A stretch of 56,372 nucleotides of DNA from Polyangiales bacterium (GTDB lineage Bacteria; Myxococcota_A; Polyangia; Polyangiales; Ga0077539). How positions within the stretch are numbered: the stretch's first letter is position 1; each line of letters begins with the position of its first letter. Shown piece after piece: positions 36,342 through 45,668 of the stretch. Under the pieces are notes generated by a model. That model saw only the letters and a program-made list of their open reading frames with translations, made no database searches and was not told the origin of the DNA. The position numbers and the translations under genes are program-made. The stretch spans positions 1 through 56,372 of the forward strand of contig JBDHVF010000001.1 of the NCBI GenBank assembly GCA_039809605.1. The letters are read 5' to 3'.

Positions 36342-37424
36342 GTGCTCGCCTCGTCGCTGACCGTGTACGAGGGCGACGTGGCGGGCGCCGTGGGGGCCGC
36401 GCGCGCGAGGGTCACGTCGCGCAGGGGCGCGCTGCTCACCCTCACCGACCGCGACGGGCGCGCGGGGCAGGGCGAGGCGTCGCCGCTGCCGGGCTACTCG
36501 CGCGAGACGCTCGACGAGGCGTGTGACGCGCTCGACGGCGTGCTCGCGCGCCTCGACGAGGGCGCGCTCGACGACCCGCTCGGCGCGCTCGACGCGCCGT
36601 GGGTGCGGGCGCTGCCGGGCTCGGCGCGCTTCGCGCTCGAGACGGCGCTGCTCGACCTCGCGGGCAGGCGCCGGGGCGTCGCGCTCCATGCGCTGCTCGG
36701 GGGAGGGGAGGTGCGCGGGCGCGTGGCCGTGAGCGCCTACGCGGGTGCGGCCCTCGACGCGTCGCTCGTCGACGACGCGCGCGCCGCGCTCGGGCGCGGG
36801 ATCACCACCGTCAAGGTCAAGCTCACGGGCGCGGGCGACTTGTTCGAACGCGAGGTCGCGTCGCTCGTCGCGCTGCGACGCGCGCTGCCGGGCGCGTGGA
36901 GGCTGCGCCTCGACCTCAACGGCGCGTGGAGCGTCGCCGAGGCCACTCCGGCGCGCTTCGCGGCGCTCGCCGCGGCGAGGCCCCACTTCGTCGAGCAGCC
37001 CGTCGCCGCGGGGCGCCTGCGCGAGCTGGGGTGGTGCAGGGTCCCGTGGGCCCTCGACGAGTCGCTCTCGGACGAGGGCGACACCGGCTACGCGATGGCG
37101 CGCGGGCCCTCGGGCGGCTGCGTGGCCGCCGTGGTGAAGCCCGCGGTGCACGGCCTCGTCGGCGCGCTGGCGCACGCGCGTCGGGCGCACGACGCGGGAC
37201 TCGGCGTGGTGGTGACGCACCTGTTCGACGGCCCCGTCGCGCTCGCCGCGGCGTGCGAGCTCGCGCTGGCCCTGCCCGCGCCGTGGGCCTGCGGCCTCGA
37301 CCGGCACCCGGGCCTCGCGGCCTGGCCCCCGGTCGACCTCCCGCAGCGGTGCGACCCCCGCTTCGTGACGCCGTCGGGGCGCGCTGGACTCGGGCTCGAT
37401 CCGCTCGCACCCTCGTCGCGATGA
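36342..37424 (+). CDS. menC: o-Succinylbenzoate synthase-like enolase-superfamily enzyme
   Basis: 360 aa from a GTG start. Motifs include GQGEASPLPGYSRE, VKVKL, LRLDLNGAW, VEQP and ALDES (enolase-superfamily metal ligands). It is overlapped by a MenE-like ligase gene. Confidence 0.65.
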   Translation: MLASSLTVYEGDVAGAVGAARARVTSRRGALLTLTDRDGRAGQGEASPLPGYSRETLDEACDALDGVLARLDEGALDDPLGALDAPWVRALPGSARFALETALLDLAGRRRGVALHALLGGGEVRGRVAVSAYAGAALDASLVDDARAALGRGITTVKVKLTGAGDLFEREVASLVALRRALPGAWRLRLDLNGAWSVAEATPARFAALAAARPHFVEQPVAAGRLRELGWCRVPWALDESLSDEGDTGYAMARGPSGGCVAAVVKPAVHGLVGALAHARRAHDAGLGVVVTHLFDGPVALAAACELALALPAPWACGLDRHPGLAAWPPVDLPQRCDPRFVTPSGRAGLGLDPLAPSSR

Positions 37425-38854
37425 CGGACGTCGACCGGCTCTCGGTGTTCGGCGCGGCGCGCGAGGCGCCCGGCCGTGACGCGCTCGTGTGGCAGGGCGA
37501 GGCCACCTCGTACCGCGCGCTCGCCGAGCGCGTCGCGGGCGCGTGCGAGGCGCTGCGGGCGCGCGGCGTCGGGCGCGGCGCGCGCGTGGCGGTGCGCGCG
37601 CAGAACCACCCCGACGCCGTGGCCTCGCTGCTCGCGCTGATGGAGCTCGACGCCACCGCGGTGCTGATCCACCCGCGGCTCACCGACGTCGAGGCCCGCG
37701 CGCTCGTCGACGACGCCGACGCCTCGCTCGTGCTCGACGGGGCCGAGGTGACGGGGGCGAGCGCGGCGGCGCCTCCTCCTTCGGCGCACGATCCCGAGGC
37801 CGTGCTCGCGATGCTCTACACCTCGGGCACCACGGGGCGGCCCAGGGGGGCGATGCTCTCTCGCCGCGCCTTCGCCGCGAGCGCCGAGGCGAGCGCGGCG
37901 AACCTGGGGTGGCGCGACGACGAGCGCTGGCTCCTGTGCATGCCCGTGTGCCACGTGGGGGGCTTCTCGGTGCTCACGCGCTCGGTGATGGCGCGTCGGT
38001 GCGCGGTGCTGCACCCGCGCTTCGACGTCGCGGCGGTGCTCGCGTCGATCGCGCGCGACCGCGCGACGCTGCTGTCGGTCGTGCCGACGATGCTCCGGGC
38101 GCTCGTCGACGCCGACCGCGACGGCGCGCTCGGGTCGCTGCGCGCGGTGCTCGTGGGGGGCGCCGCGGCGCCGCGCTCGCTGCTCGAAGCCTGCGCGGCG
38201 CGGCGCGTGCGGGCGCTCACCACGTACGGGCTCACCGAGGCGTGCTCGCAGGTGACGACGCAGCGGCTCCCGCCCGAGGGCGCGCCCTTCGAGGCCACGG
38301 GAGACAGCGGCGTCGCGCTCGACGGCCTCGAGCTCCAGGTGGTCGGCGACGACGGGGCGCCCGTGCCCGCGGGCGAGGTGGGGCGCATCCGCGTGCGCGG
38401 CGCGTCGGTGATGACGGGCTACTGGAGGCACCCGCCGCTCGCGGGCGCGTGGCTCGACACGGGCGACCTCGGCTCGCTCGACGCGCGCGGGAGGCTCACG
38501 GTGCACGCGCGCCGCACCGACCTGATCGTGACGGGTGGCGAGAACGTCTACCCGGCCGAGGTCGAGCACGCGCTCGCGGACCTGCCCGGCGTGGCGGCGG
38601 CGATGGTGTTCGGCGTCGACGACGAGACCTGGGGACAGGTGGTGGCCGCGGCGATCGTACGGGACCGAACGATCGGCGACGAGGGCGCGTGGCTCGCGTC
38701 GCTGGGCGCCGAGCTCGACGCGCGGCTCGCGAAGCACAAGCGGCCGCGGCGGGTGTGCGTGGTCGACGCGCTGCCGATGAGGGCCACGGGCAAGGTCGAC
38801 CGCGCCGCGGGGGTGCGAAGGTTCACGCCGCTCGCGAGGCCGTGGCCTCGCTGA
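37421..38854 (+). CDS. menE: AMP-dependent synthetase/ligase, probable 2-succinylbenzoate-CoA ligase
   Basis: ATG 37421 overlaps the menC stop (ATGA); 477 aa. The AMP-binding motif is MLYTSGTTGRPRGAM, plus GDLG..D..G and a C-terminal GKVDR. Confidence 0.65.
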   Translation: MTDVDRLSVFGAAREAPGRDALVWQGEATSYRALAERVAGACEALRARGVGRGARVAVRAQNHPDAVASLLALMELDATAVLIHPRLTDVEARALVDDADASLVLDGAEVTGASAAAPPPSAHDPEAVLAMLYTSGTTGRPRGAMLSRRAFAASAEASAANLGWRDDERWLLCMPVCHVGGFSVLTRSVMARRCAVLHPRFDVAAVLASIARDRATLLSVVPTMLRALVDADRDGALGSLRAVLVGGAAAPRSLLEACAARRVRALTTYGLTEACSQVTTQRLPPEGAPFEATGDSGVALDGLELQVVGDDGAPVPAGEVGRIRVRGASVMTGYWRHPPLAGAWLDTGDLGSLDARGRLTVHARRTDLIVTGGENVYPAEVEHALADLPGVAAAMVFGVDDETWGQVVAAAIVRDRTIGDEGAWLASLGAELDARLAKHKRPRRVCVVDALPMRATGKVDRAAGVRRFTPLARPWPR

Positions 38855-38861
38855 CCGGGTA

Positions 38862-39431
38862 TTACATCGGGCAGTCGCTCGAGAGCCACGCCCACGAGTC
38901 GCCGCCGCAGGTGGCGGGGGGGGTGGGGCCCGAGCCCGTGCCCGCGTAGCAGCGGCCGTTGCACCACCCGCACGACGAGCCGGCGGTGCACTGCGCGCAC
39001 GTGGTGGCGCTCGAGCACGAGCCGCCGCCGCTCGCGTCGGGGCTGCTGCCCGCGTCGGTGCGCGGCGTGCTGCTGCCGCACGCCGCGAGGGCGATCGTCT
39101 CCGAGGCGCACGAGGTGAACGTGGGGCCGCTCATGCTGCACGTGATGGGCGAGGTGCGCGCGCACGCGGTGAAGGCGCTGACCGCCGCGTTGCACGACGA
39201 CGGGAGGCCCCCGAGGCTCATCGAGCACTGGCTCACGCAGCTCGCCATGTCGAAGCTGCATCCGGGCGCGGCGATGATGCGCGGGCAGAGCTCCGAGCAC
39301 GCGCTCGTCGGCGGCGTGCCGCTCGACGCGTCGGGGTCCGAGAGCCCGGGGCCTCCTCCGCTCGAGTGCGCGCTGCACGCGGGGAGCACCGCCAGGGAGC
39401 CGATCACCAGGGTCGTGCGAAGAAGCTTCAT
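38862..39431 (-). CDS. Cys-rich lipoprotein with a PSI-like C-terminal motif
   Basis: Start set at ATG 39431 (MKLLRTTLVIGSLAVLPAC); 189 aa. The C-terminus reads CSSATTCAQCTAGSSCGWCNGRCYAG. Confidence 0.6.
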   Translation of the reverse strand: MKLLRTTLVIGSLAVLPACSAHSSGGGPGLSDPDASSGTPPTSACSELCPRIIAAPGCSFDMASCVSQCSMSLGGLPSSCNAAVSAFTACARTSPITCSMSGPTFTSCASETIALAACGSSTPRTDAGSSPDASGGGSCSSATTCAQCTAGSSCGWCNGRCYAGTGSGPTPPATCGGDSWAWLSSDCPM

Positions 39432-39471
39432 GGCGCGCGATGCTACCGGCGGCGCCGCGCGTGACAAGCGT

Positions 39472-40869
39472 CTACCCGACGATCGCGGCGCCCGTGGCCG
39501 TGGCGAGGCGGATCGTGTCGGGGATGCCCACGCCGTCGTACGCGCTGCCGATGGCGTGCAGGCCCGGCGCTTCGGCGAGGCGCGCGCGAATGGCCTCGAC
39601 CCGCGCCGCGTGCCCGACCGAGGGCAGCGGCGAGCTCTCGACGAAGCGGAACACCCTCGTAAACAGCGGCTCTGCGCGGAAGCGCATCAAGCGCTCGAGG
39701 TCGACGCGCGCCTCGCTCACGAGCTCGTCGTCGGGCCGCGAGAGCTCGTCTTCGCGCCCCGCGCCGCCGAGAAAGCCGCGCATGAGCACGTGCCCCTCGG
39801 GCGCGCGCCCCGGCCACTTGCTCGACACCCACGTGCCCGCGAGCAGGCGCAGCCCCTCGCGCCGCGGCACCACGAAGCCCGTGGCGTCGAGCGGGTGCGG
39901 CACGTCGGCGCGGCGGTACGCGAAGAACACCGTGGCCGCCGAGGTGTACGGCACGGCCGCGAGGGCGTCGGCCAGGGGCTTCGAAGCGCCCTCGACGAGC
40001 CGCGCCGCGGCGCGCGCGGGCAGGCCCAGCACCACGTCGTCGGCCGCGAGGGCCTCGCCGCTCGCGAGCGCCACCTCCCAGCGCGACGAGGCCCCGCGGC
40101 GCACGGCCGTCACGGGGGCGTTCAACCGCACGGCCCCGTCGGGCAGCGCGGCCACGAGCGCGTCGACGAGCGACCCGACGCCGTCGCGCAGCGAGACGAA
40201 GGCCGACGGCGGCGTCGCGCCTCCGTGACGCTTCGGGGCGGCCGCGCGCGCGGCCCGCACCAGCGAGCGGTCGCGCCTCGCCATCTCGACGAGCTGCGGA
40301 AAGGTCGACCGGGCCGAGAGCGTCCACGCGTCGCCCGCGTAGATGCCCGCGAGCAGCGGCTCGACGAGGGCCGTGACCGCCTCGCGGCCGAGCCTCGCGG
40401 CGACGAGCTCGCCGATCGACGCGTCGCCCGGCGGCTCGTGGCCCCGGGGCAGCACGAGGTCGGCGAGCACGCGCAGCTTCGCGCCCCACGAGAGCACCCG
40501 CGAGCGCAGCACGGGCGCGGCGCGCGTGGGCACGCCGAGCACCACGCCCTCGGGCATGGGCGCGAGCCGTCCGCGCAGCGCCACGTACACCCTGCGGTTC
40601 TCGGGGATCGTCTCGATGAGCCGGTCGCCGAGGCCGAGCTCCCTGCAGAGCGCGGTGGCCTCGGGCTTGGCGGCCACCCACGAGTCGGGCCCTCCGTCGA
40701 TGAGAAAGCCCTCGCGGTGTTCGGTCACGAGGTTGCCGCCCGCGCGCCCGCTCGCGTCGAGCACCGTGACCTCGAGCGCCTCGCCCCTCGCGCGCGCCGC
40801 GGAGAGGGCCGCGCGGGCGCTCACCAGGCCCGAGAGGCCCGCGCCCACGCAGACGAGACGGCGCGTCAT
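39472..40869 (-). CDS. hemY: Protoporphyrinogen oxidase (HemY-type, FAD)
   Basis: ATG 40869 overlaps the hemE stop (ATGA); 465 aa. The N-terminal FAD fold is LVCVGAGLSGL. PPOX-like features run throughout (GGNL, FLIDGGPDS, AGIYAGD). Confidence 0.88.
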   Translation of the reverse strand: MTRRLVCVGAGLSGLVSARAALSAARARGEALEVTVLDASGRAGGNLVTEHREGFLIDGGPDSWVAAKPEATALCRELGLGDRLIETIPENRRVYVALRGRLAPMPEGVVLGVPTRAAPVLRSRVLSWGAKLRVLADLVLPRGHEPPGDASIGELVAARLGREAVTALVEPLLAGIYAGDAWTLSARSTFPQLVEMARRDRSLVRAARAAAPKRHGGATPPSAFVSLRDGVGSLVDALVAALPDGAVRLNAPVTAVRRGASSRWEVALASGEALAADDVVLGLPARAAARLVEGASKPLADALAAVPYTSAATVFFAYRRADVPHPLDATGFVVPRREGLRLLAGTWVSSKWPGRAPEGHVLMRGFLGGAGREDELSRPDDELVSEARVDLERLMRFRAEPLFTRVFRFVESSPLPSVGHAARVEAIRARLAEAPGLHAIGSAYDGVGIPDTIRLATATGAAIVG

Positions 40870-41897
40870 GCGCGCTCCGTCACCCGGTGCACGAGGTCGG
40901 CGAGGGCGGCGACGTGGTCGACGGGCGTCTCGGGCAGGATGCCGTGCCCGAGGTTGAACACGTGCCCCTCGCGGCCCTTCACGCTGTCGAGAATGGCCGT
41001 GGCCTGGCGCTCCATCACGTCGCGCGGCCCGAGGAGGAGCACCGGGTCGAGGTTGCCCTGCACGGCGACCTTGTCGCCGAGGCGCCTCCACGCGTCGGCG
41101 AGGGGCGTGCGCCAGTCGACGCCGATGACCGTGCCGCCCGCGTCGCGCTGGGCCTCGAGCAGCGTCGCGGTGCCGGTGCCGAAATGGATCACCGGCACGC
41201 CCGCGGTCGAGACCTCGGCGAGGATGCGCGCCACGTGGGGCTGCACGTAGGTGACGTAGTCCTGGGGAGAGAGGCAGCCCACCCACGAGTCGAAGAGCTG
41301 CACGGCCTGGGCGCCCGCCTCGACCTGCGCGACGAGGTAGCGCGCCACCACGGCCGAGAGCTTCTCCATCAGGGCGTTCCACGCGTCGGGCTCGCGGTAC
41401 ATGAGGGTCTTGGTCTTGACGAAGTGCGAGCTCTTGCCGCCCTCGACGAGGTAGCTCGCGAGGGTGAAGGGCGCGCCCGCGAAGCCGATGAGCGGGGTCT
41501 TTCCGTCGAGCTCGCGGCGAATGAGCTTGAGGGCTTCGAGCACGTACCCGAGGCCCTCGTGGGGGGCGCACACGCGCAGCGCGTCGATCTGCGCGCGCGA
41601 GCGCACGGGCTCGTGAATGACCGGGCCCTCGCCCGCGGCGAACTCGAAGGGCGCCCCCATGGGCTCGAGCGGCAGGAGGATGTCGGCGAAGAGGATGGCC
41701 GCGTCGACGGGCAGCCGCTTCACGGGCTGGAGCGTCACCTCGAGCGCGAGCTCGGGGGTGCGGCAGAGCTCGAGGAGGGTGTGCTTCGCGCGCAGGGCGC
41801 GGTACTCGGCCATGTAGCGGCCGGCCTGGCGCATGAACCAGACGGGGGTGCGGTCGACGGGCTCGCGGCGGCAGGCGCGGAGGAAGCGGTCGTGCAT
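40866..41897 (-). CDS. hemE: Uroporphyrinogen decarboxylase
   Basis: Start set at ATG 41897 (MHDRFLRACRREPVDRTPVWFMRQAGRYMAEYR, the canonical HemE N-terminus); 343 aa. Confidence 0.93.
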   Translation of the reverse strand: MHDRFLRACRREPVDRTPVWFMRQAGRYMAEYRALRAKHTLLELCRTPELALEVTLQPVKRLPVDAAILFADILLPLEPMGAPFEFAAGEGPVIHEPVRSRAQIDALRVCAPHEGLGYVLEALKLIRRELDGKTPLIGFAGAPFTLASYLVEGGKSSHFVKTKTLMYREPDAWNALMEKLSAVVARYLVAQVEAGAQAVQLFDSWVGCLSPQDYVTYVQPHVARILAEVSTAGVPVIHFGTGTATLLEAQRDAGGTVIGVDWRTPLADAWRRLGDKVAVQGNLDPVLLLGPRDVMERQATAILDSVKGREGHVFNLGHGILPETPVDHVAALADLVHRVTERA

Positions 41898-41943
41898 GGC
41901 GCGGCGATGCTTCGCGCGCGCGGGCCACGCGGTCAAGGGGCTT

Positions 41944-42939
41944 CTACCGGTGCTGCACGGGGCCCGTCTGCACCACTTCGAAGGCCGTGCCCGGCACGTC
42001 CACGAGCTGGTCGAGGTCGTCGAGGTCCCAGCGCGAGTCGGGGGCGCCGGTGATGTGCCAGTTGGTGCCCGTGTCGGCGACGATGAGCCCGTAGTGTTTG
42101 AGCGCCTCGAGGATCACCCGCGTCTGCCCCGTCACGCGCGAGAGGTCGTACGAGGCCTTGAGGCGCAGGCGCAGGCCCATGGGCGGGGCGTCGCGGTCGT
42201 CGCCGTCGCCGTAGTGGTTCGCGGGCTCGATCCAGCCGTCTTGCGTGTGGTTGAAGGTCACGCGAAGCGCGTGGCGGATGCGCCCCGCGGCCACCTCGGG
42301 GTAGCGCGCGAGGCCCGCGAGGATCGCCATGCCGCCCTGCTCGGCCGAGGTCCACGCGCGCGGGCGGCGCGGGTGCTCGCGGAGGTTGAACACGGCGCCG
42401 GTGCCGGCCTTCCACCCGAGCGGCGTGCGGCGCACGTGGTAGAGCTCGTAGAGCATGCACGTGCCCTGCTGCACGATGAGCACGTGGCGGTCGCGGCCCG
42501 CTTCGATGGGCGGATCGGCGGGGATGGGGTACGGCCCCGGGTCGCTCTCCTCGGCGCACTCGTCGAAGGTCACGGGCACCATGGGCTGACTCGCGGGCAC
42601 CACGCGGTAGGGCACGCCGTGGCGCGCCGCGGGGCCGAAGTCGGCGTGGAGCTGCATGGGCCCGTGCGCGGCGATGTTCGCGAGGTACGCGGCCGAGCGC
42701 GGGTCCACGGGGTCGTTCGAAACGTCCCTGTTCCACGGGTGATCCGCGGGGAACACCGGGCAGCCGCCGACGGTGGGCGGCGCGTCGGGCGAAGTCGGCG
42801 GGGGCTCCGCGGGCAGCGCCTCGGCGGGCGTGTCGTTGCGTACGAGCGCCGCCACACGGCGCGTCGCGGCGCGGCTGCAGCGGCACGACGCGCCGAGCGC
42901 GAGCGCGACGATCATCCAGCGAGAGAGGCCGTTCCTCAT
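41944..42939 (-). CDS. Hypothetical secreted/lipoprotein
   Basis: Start set at ATG 42939 (MRNGLSRWMIVALALGASC); 331 aa with natural composition. No family recognised. Confidence 0.6.
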   Translation of the reverse strand: MRNGLSRWMIVALALGASCRCSRAATRRVAALVRNDTPAEALPAEPPPTSPDAPPTVGGCPVFPADHPWNRDVSNDPVDPRSAAYLANIAAHGPMQLHADFGPAARHGVPYRVVPASQPMVPVTFDECAEESDPGPYPIPADPPIEAGRDRHVLIVQQGTCMLYELYHVRRTPLGWKAGTGAVFNLREHPRRPRAWTSAEQGGMAILAGLARYPEVAAGRIRHALRVTFNHTQDGWIEPANHYGDGDDRDAPPMGLRLRLKASYDLSRVTGQTRVILEALKHYGLIVADTGTNWHITGAPDSRWDLDDLDQLVDVPGTAFEVVQTGPVQHR

Positions 42940-43051
42940 CGCGCGGAGCCTACACGGTGCGTCGCGCTTGGGCACCGTGATGCGAAGGTTCTCCACGGTA
43001 CGGGGGCGTCGGTAGACGCTCGCGCGAGTCCTCGCGTAGGATGCCCGCCCG

Positions 43052-44317
43052 ATGAGCCACACGGTACGGCCGTTATGGAGGGAACGGCTCTGGGCGTTGT
43101 TCGACAGCGGCTCGGGGCACGGGCGACTCGTGGCGATGGAGGGCCTCCGCGGCGTCGCGGTGCTGCTCGTCTTCCTCGTGCACTTCCACACGCTGTTCGA
43201 GCCCTACGTCGACGGGCGCTCGCCCCTGCACGCGGCGTCGGCCTTCGGCGAGGTCATCGGGCACGCGGGCGTCGACCTGTTCTTCATCCTGAGCGGCTAC
43301 CTGATCTACGGCGGCTTCTTCCGCTCGTCGCCGCCGCTCGCGCAGTACTTCCGCCGCCGCGCGCAGCGCATCCACCCGACGTTCCTCGTGGTGCTGGCGA
43401 TCTACCTGCTCCTGTCGCTCGCGGTGCCCGGCGAGAGCAAGATCCGAGGCTCGGGCGTCGAGGCGGCGGGGTACATCCTCGCCAACGTGATGCTCCTGCC
43501 CGGCATGCTGCCCATCGTGCCGGTGATCACGGTCGCGTGGAGCCTCAGCTACGAGTGGTTCTACTACCTCTTCGTGCCCGCGCTGGTGACGCTCACGCGC
43601 ATGCGCCGCTGGAGCGCGTCGCGGCGCGTGGCGCTCTTCACCGCCCTCGGCGCGGCGCACGTCGCGGTCTGCGTCGCGTACCCCGGCCTGCACCCGCGGC
43701 TCGCGATGTTCCTCGCGGGCATGGTGCTCTACGAGCGCATCGGCGCGAAGCGCGAGGCGCGCCCCGCGGCGCGCGCCGCCGAGCTCGGCGCGCTCGGGGC
43801 CTTCGCGACGTCGCTCGTGGCGGTCTACCTCCTGCGCGGCTCGCACCCCTCCCACCTCGTGCCCGGCGCCGCGGGCCGCCTGCTCGACGCCGCGGTCGAC
43901 AGCGGCAGCGCGCGCGTGGCGGTGCTGGCGCTGCCCCTCTACGCGTTCGTGCGCGAGTCGCTCGGGCGCAACGGCATCCTCCACCGCGCCCTCGCGTGGA
44001 AGCCCCTGCGCGCCCTCGGCAACATGAGCTACTCGTACTACCTGATCCACGGCCTCGCGCTGAAGGTCCTCTCGGTCGGCCTCGCGCGCGCGGGCGCCGG
44101 CGCCCACGCGGCGCTCTTCTGCGCGCTCTTCCCCGCGGGCCTCGCCGCCACGCTCGCGGCCGCCGCGGGGCTCTTCGTGCTCGTCGAGAAGCCGCTCTCG
44201 CTCCAGCAGAACATCCGCATGAGCTACGACCTCATCGTGGGCAACTTCCGCGCGCCCGCCGCGCAGGAGCTCCCCGCCGAGGTGAAGGGCTCGCAGGCCG
44301 TCACGCGCCCTGGGTGA
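43052..44317 (+). CDS. Acyltransferase family 3 (OafA-like) membrane protein
   Basis: 421 aa and polytopic. The N-terminal LVAMEGLRGVAVLLVFLVH motif is typical of acyltransferase_3 proteins. Confidence 0.82.
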   Translation: MSHTVRPLWRERLWALFDSGSGHGRLVAMEGLRGVAVLLVFLVHFHTLFEPYVDGRSPLHAASAFGEVIGHAGVDLFFILSGYLIYGGFFRSSPPLAQYFRRRAQRIHPTFLVVLAIYLLLSLAVPGESKIRGSGVEAAGYILANVMLLPGMLPIVPVITVAWSLSYEWFYYLFVPALVTLTRMRRWSASRRVALFTALGAAHVAVCVAYPGLHPRLAMFLAGMVLYERIGAKREARPAARAAELGALGAFATSLVAVYLLRGSHPSHLVPGAAGRLLDAAVDSGSARVAVLALPLYAFVRESLGRNGILHRALAWKPLRALGNMSYSYYLIHGLALKVLSVGLARAGAGAHAALFCALFPAGLAATLAAAAGLFVLVEKPLSLQQNIRMSYDLIVGNFRAPAAQELPAEVKGSQAVTRPG

Positions 44318-45620
44318 GCACCGCGGGCTTCTCGATGGGCTTGTTGGCCTGAGCGACGAGGGCCTGCCTGCGCTCCTCGCGGAGCTCGTCTTCGCGGCGC
44401 TTCACGAACACCGAGAAGCGCGAAACGATCGCGACGATGTGATAGAAGAAGTCCATGTCCTCCTGGGAGAGGAACGCGCCGCAGAGCACGTAGCCCACCC
44501 ACGCGGACTTGATCATCACGAGGTAGTACCGCGTGTTGGTCCACGCGCCGTGCTCGAGCCGCACGACACGCACCTCGACCCAGCTCGCGACCATCCAGCT
44601 CATCACCACGAGCCAGAGCCAGACGGCGACGCCGGGGTAGCCCTGCTCGCCGAGGAGCTGGTAGAACGACGAGTGCGCGACGTGAACGTCCTCGGCGTCG
44701 GGCGCGTAGCGCTTGAACCACACGAGGAAGTTGCCCGTGCCCACGCCCGTGAGGGGCCGCGCGCGGGCCATGTTCTTCGCCGCGCCCCAGGCGTTGAGCC
44801 GGCCCATGGCGCTGGCGTCCTTCTTCGACGCGGTGCCGATGGTCGAGAAGCGCTGCACGATCTCCGAGGGCATGTTCGCGAGGGCCACCATCGCGACGGC
44901 GACGCCCACCACGATGAGCCAGCGCTTGTGGTGCAGGCGGTAGAGGATGTAGCCCGCGACGGCGATGAACCCGAGCATGCCGCCGCGCGAGAGCGAGAAC
45001 CCGATGGTGAGCACCAGCGGGACGAGCGTCGACCACGCGATGAGGCGCTTGATGATGTTCTTCGTGGTGAGCCCGAGGATGGCCATGAGGGGCGTGGCCA
45101 TCACGCAGGCCATGGCCATCTCGTTGCGGTCGCCCGTGGCGCCCTCGAAGTTGCGCTCGTTGAGAAAGAACTTGCCCCAGCAGTACCGGATCGCGACCGT
45201 GACCACCGAGAGGCCGATGGCCCAGAAGAGCTCCCTCGCCTCGCGCTCGTCTCGGATGAACGCGCAGATGAGGTAGTACTGCAGCAGCATCTTGAAATAG
45301 ATGTCGACCTGAAAGGCCGCGGGCCCGTAGCACGGCGCGTGGAGCGCCGAGTTCACCACCGAGAGGAACATCAAGAGGATCGCCCAGTGGAAGCGGTCGC
45401 TCGTGATGCGGTAGCGGCGGTAGAACACCAGCAGCAGGCCGAGCCCCACGATGTAGTAGGTGATCGAGAAGCGCACCGACTCCATCCCGAAGCCGATGTA
45501 GGGGGCGCCCGGGCAGATGTTGTCGCAGGCGATCATCCCGAAGAGCGCCCAGCGGTGGTTCCGGGTGACGGCCCAGAACACCGTGAACAGCAGGATCATG
45601 TAGCCGAGCGCGACGCGCAT
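44301..45620 (-). CDS. O-antigen ligase/polymerase-like (Wzy_C-type) membrane protein
   Basis: 439 aa and polytopic, with a central SLSRGGMLGFIAVAGY loop motif. It is convergent with the acyltransferase gene, overlapping it by 17 nt. Confidence 0.72.
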   Translation of the reverse strand: MRVALGYMILLFTVFWAVTRNHRWALFGMIACDNICPGAPYIGFGMESVRFSITYYIVGLGLLLVFYRRYRITSDRFHWAILLMFLSVVNSALHAPCYGPAAFQVDIYFKMLLQYYLICAFIRDEREARELFWAIGLSVVTVAIRYCWGKFFLNERNFEGATGDRNEMAMACVMATPLMAILGLTTKNIIKRLIAWSTLVPLVLTIGFSLSRGGMLGFIAVAGYILYRLHHKRWLIVVGVAVAMVALANMPSEIVQRFSTIGTASKKDASAMGRLNAWGAAKNMARARPLTGVGTGNFLVWFKRYAPDAEDVHVAHSSFYQLLGEQGYPGVAVWLWLVVMSWMVASWVEVRVVRLEHGAWTNTRYYLVMIKSAWVGYVLCGAFLSQEDMDFFYHIVAIVSRFSVFVKRREDELREERRQALVAQANKPIEKPAVLTQGA

Positions 45621-45668
45621 GCGCGCGTTGTATCACCACCCCGCGCGACCCTGGGAGCGCCCCCTCGC

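Noticed and set aside
39472-41928. 818-aa minus ORF spanning hemY and hemE
   Set aside because: Only the part downstream of ATG 40869 is HemY. Upstream of that it reads out of frame through hemE, which is encoded in the 40866-41897 frame.
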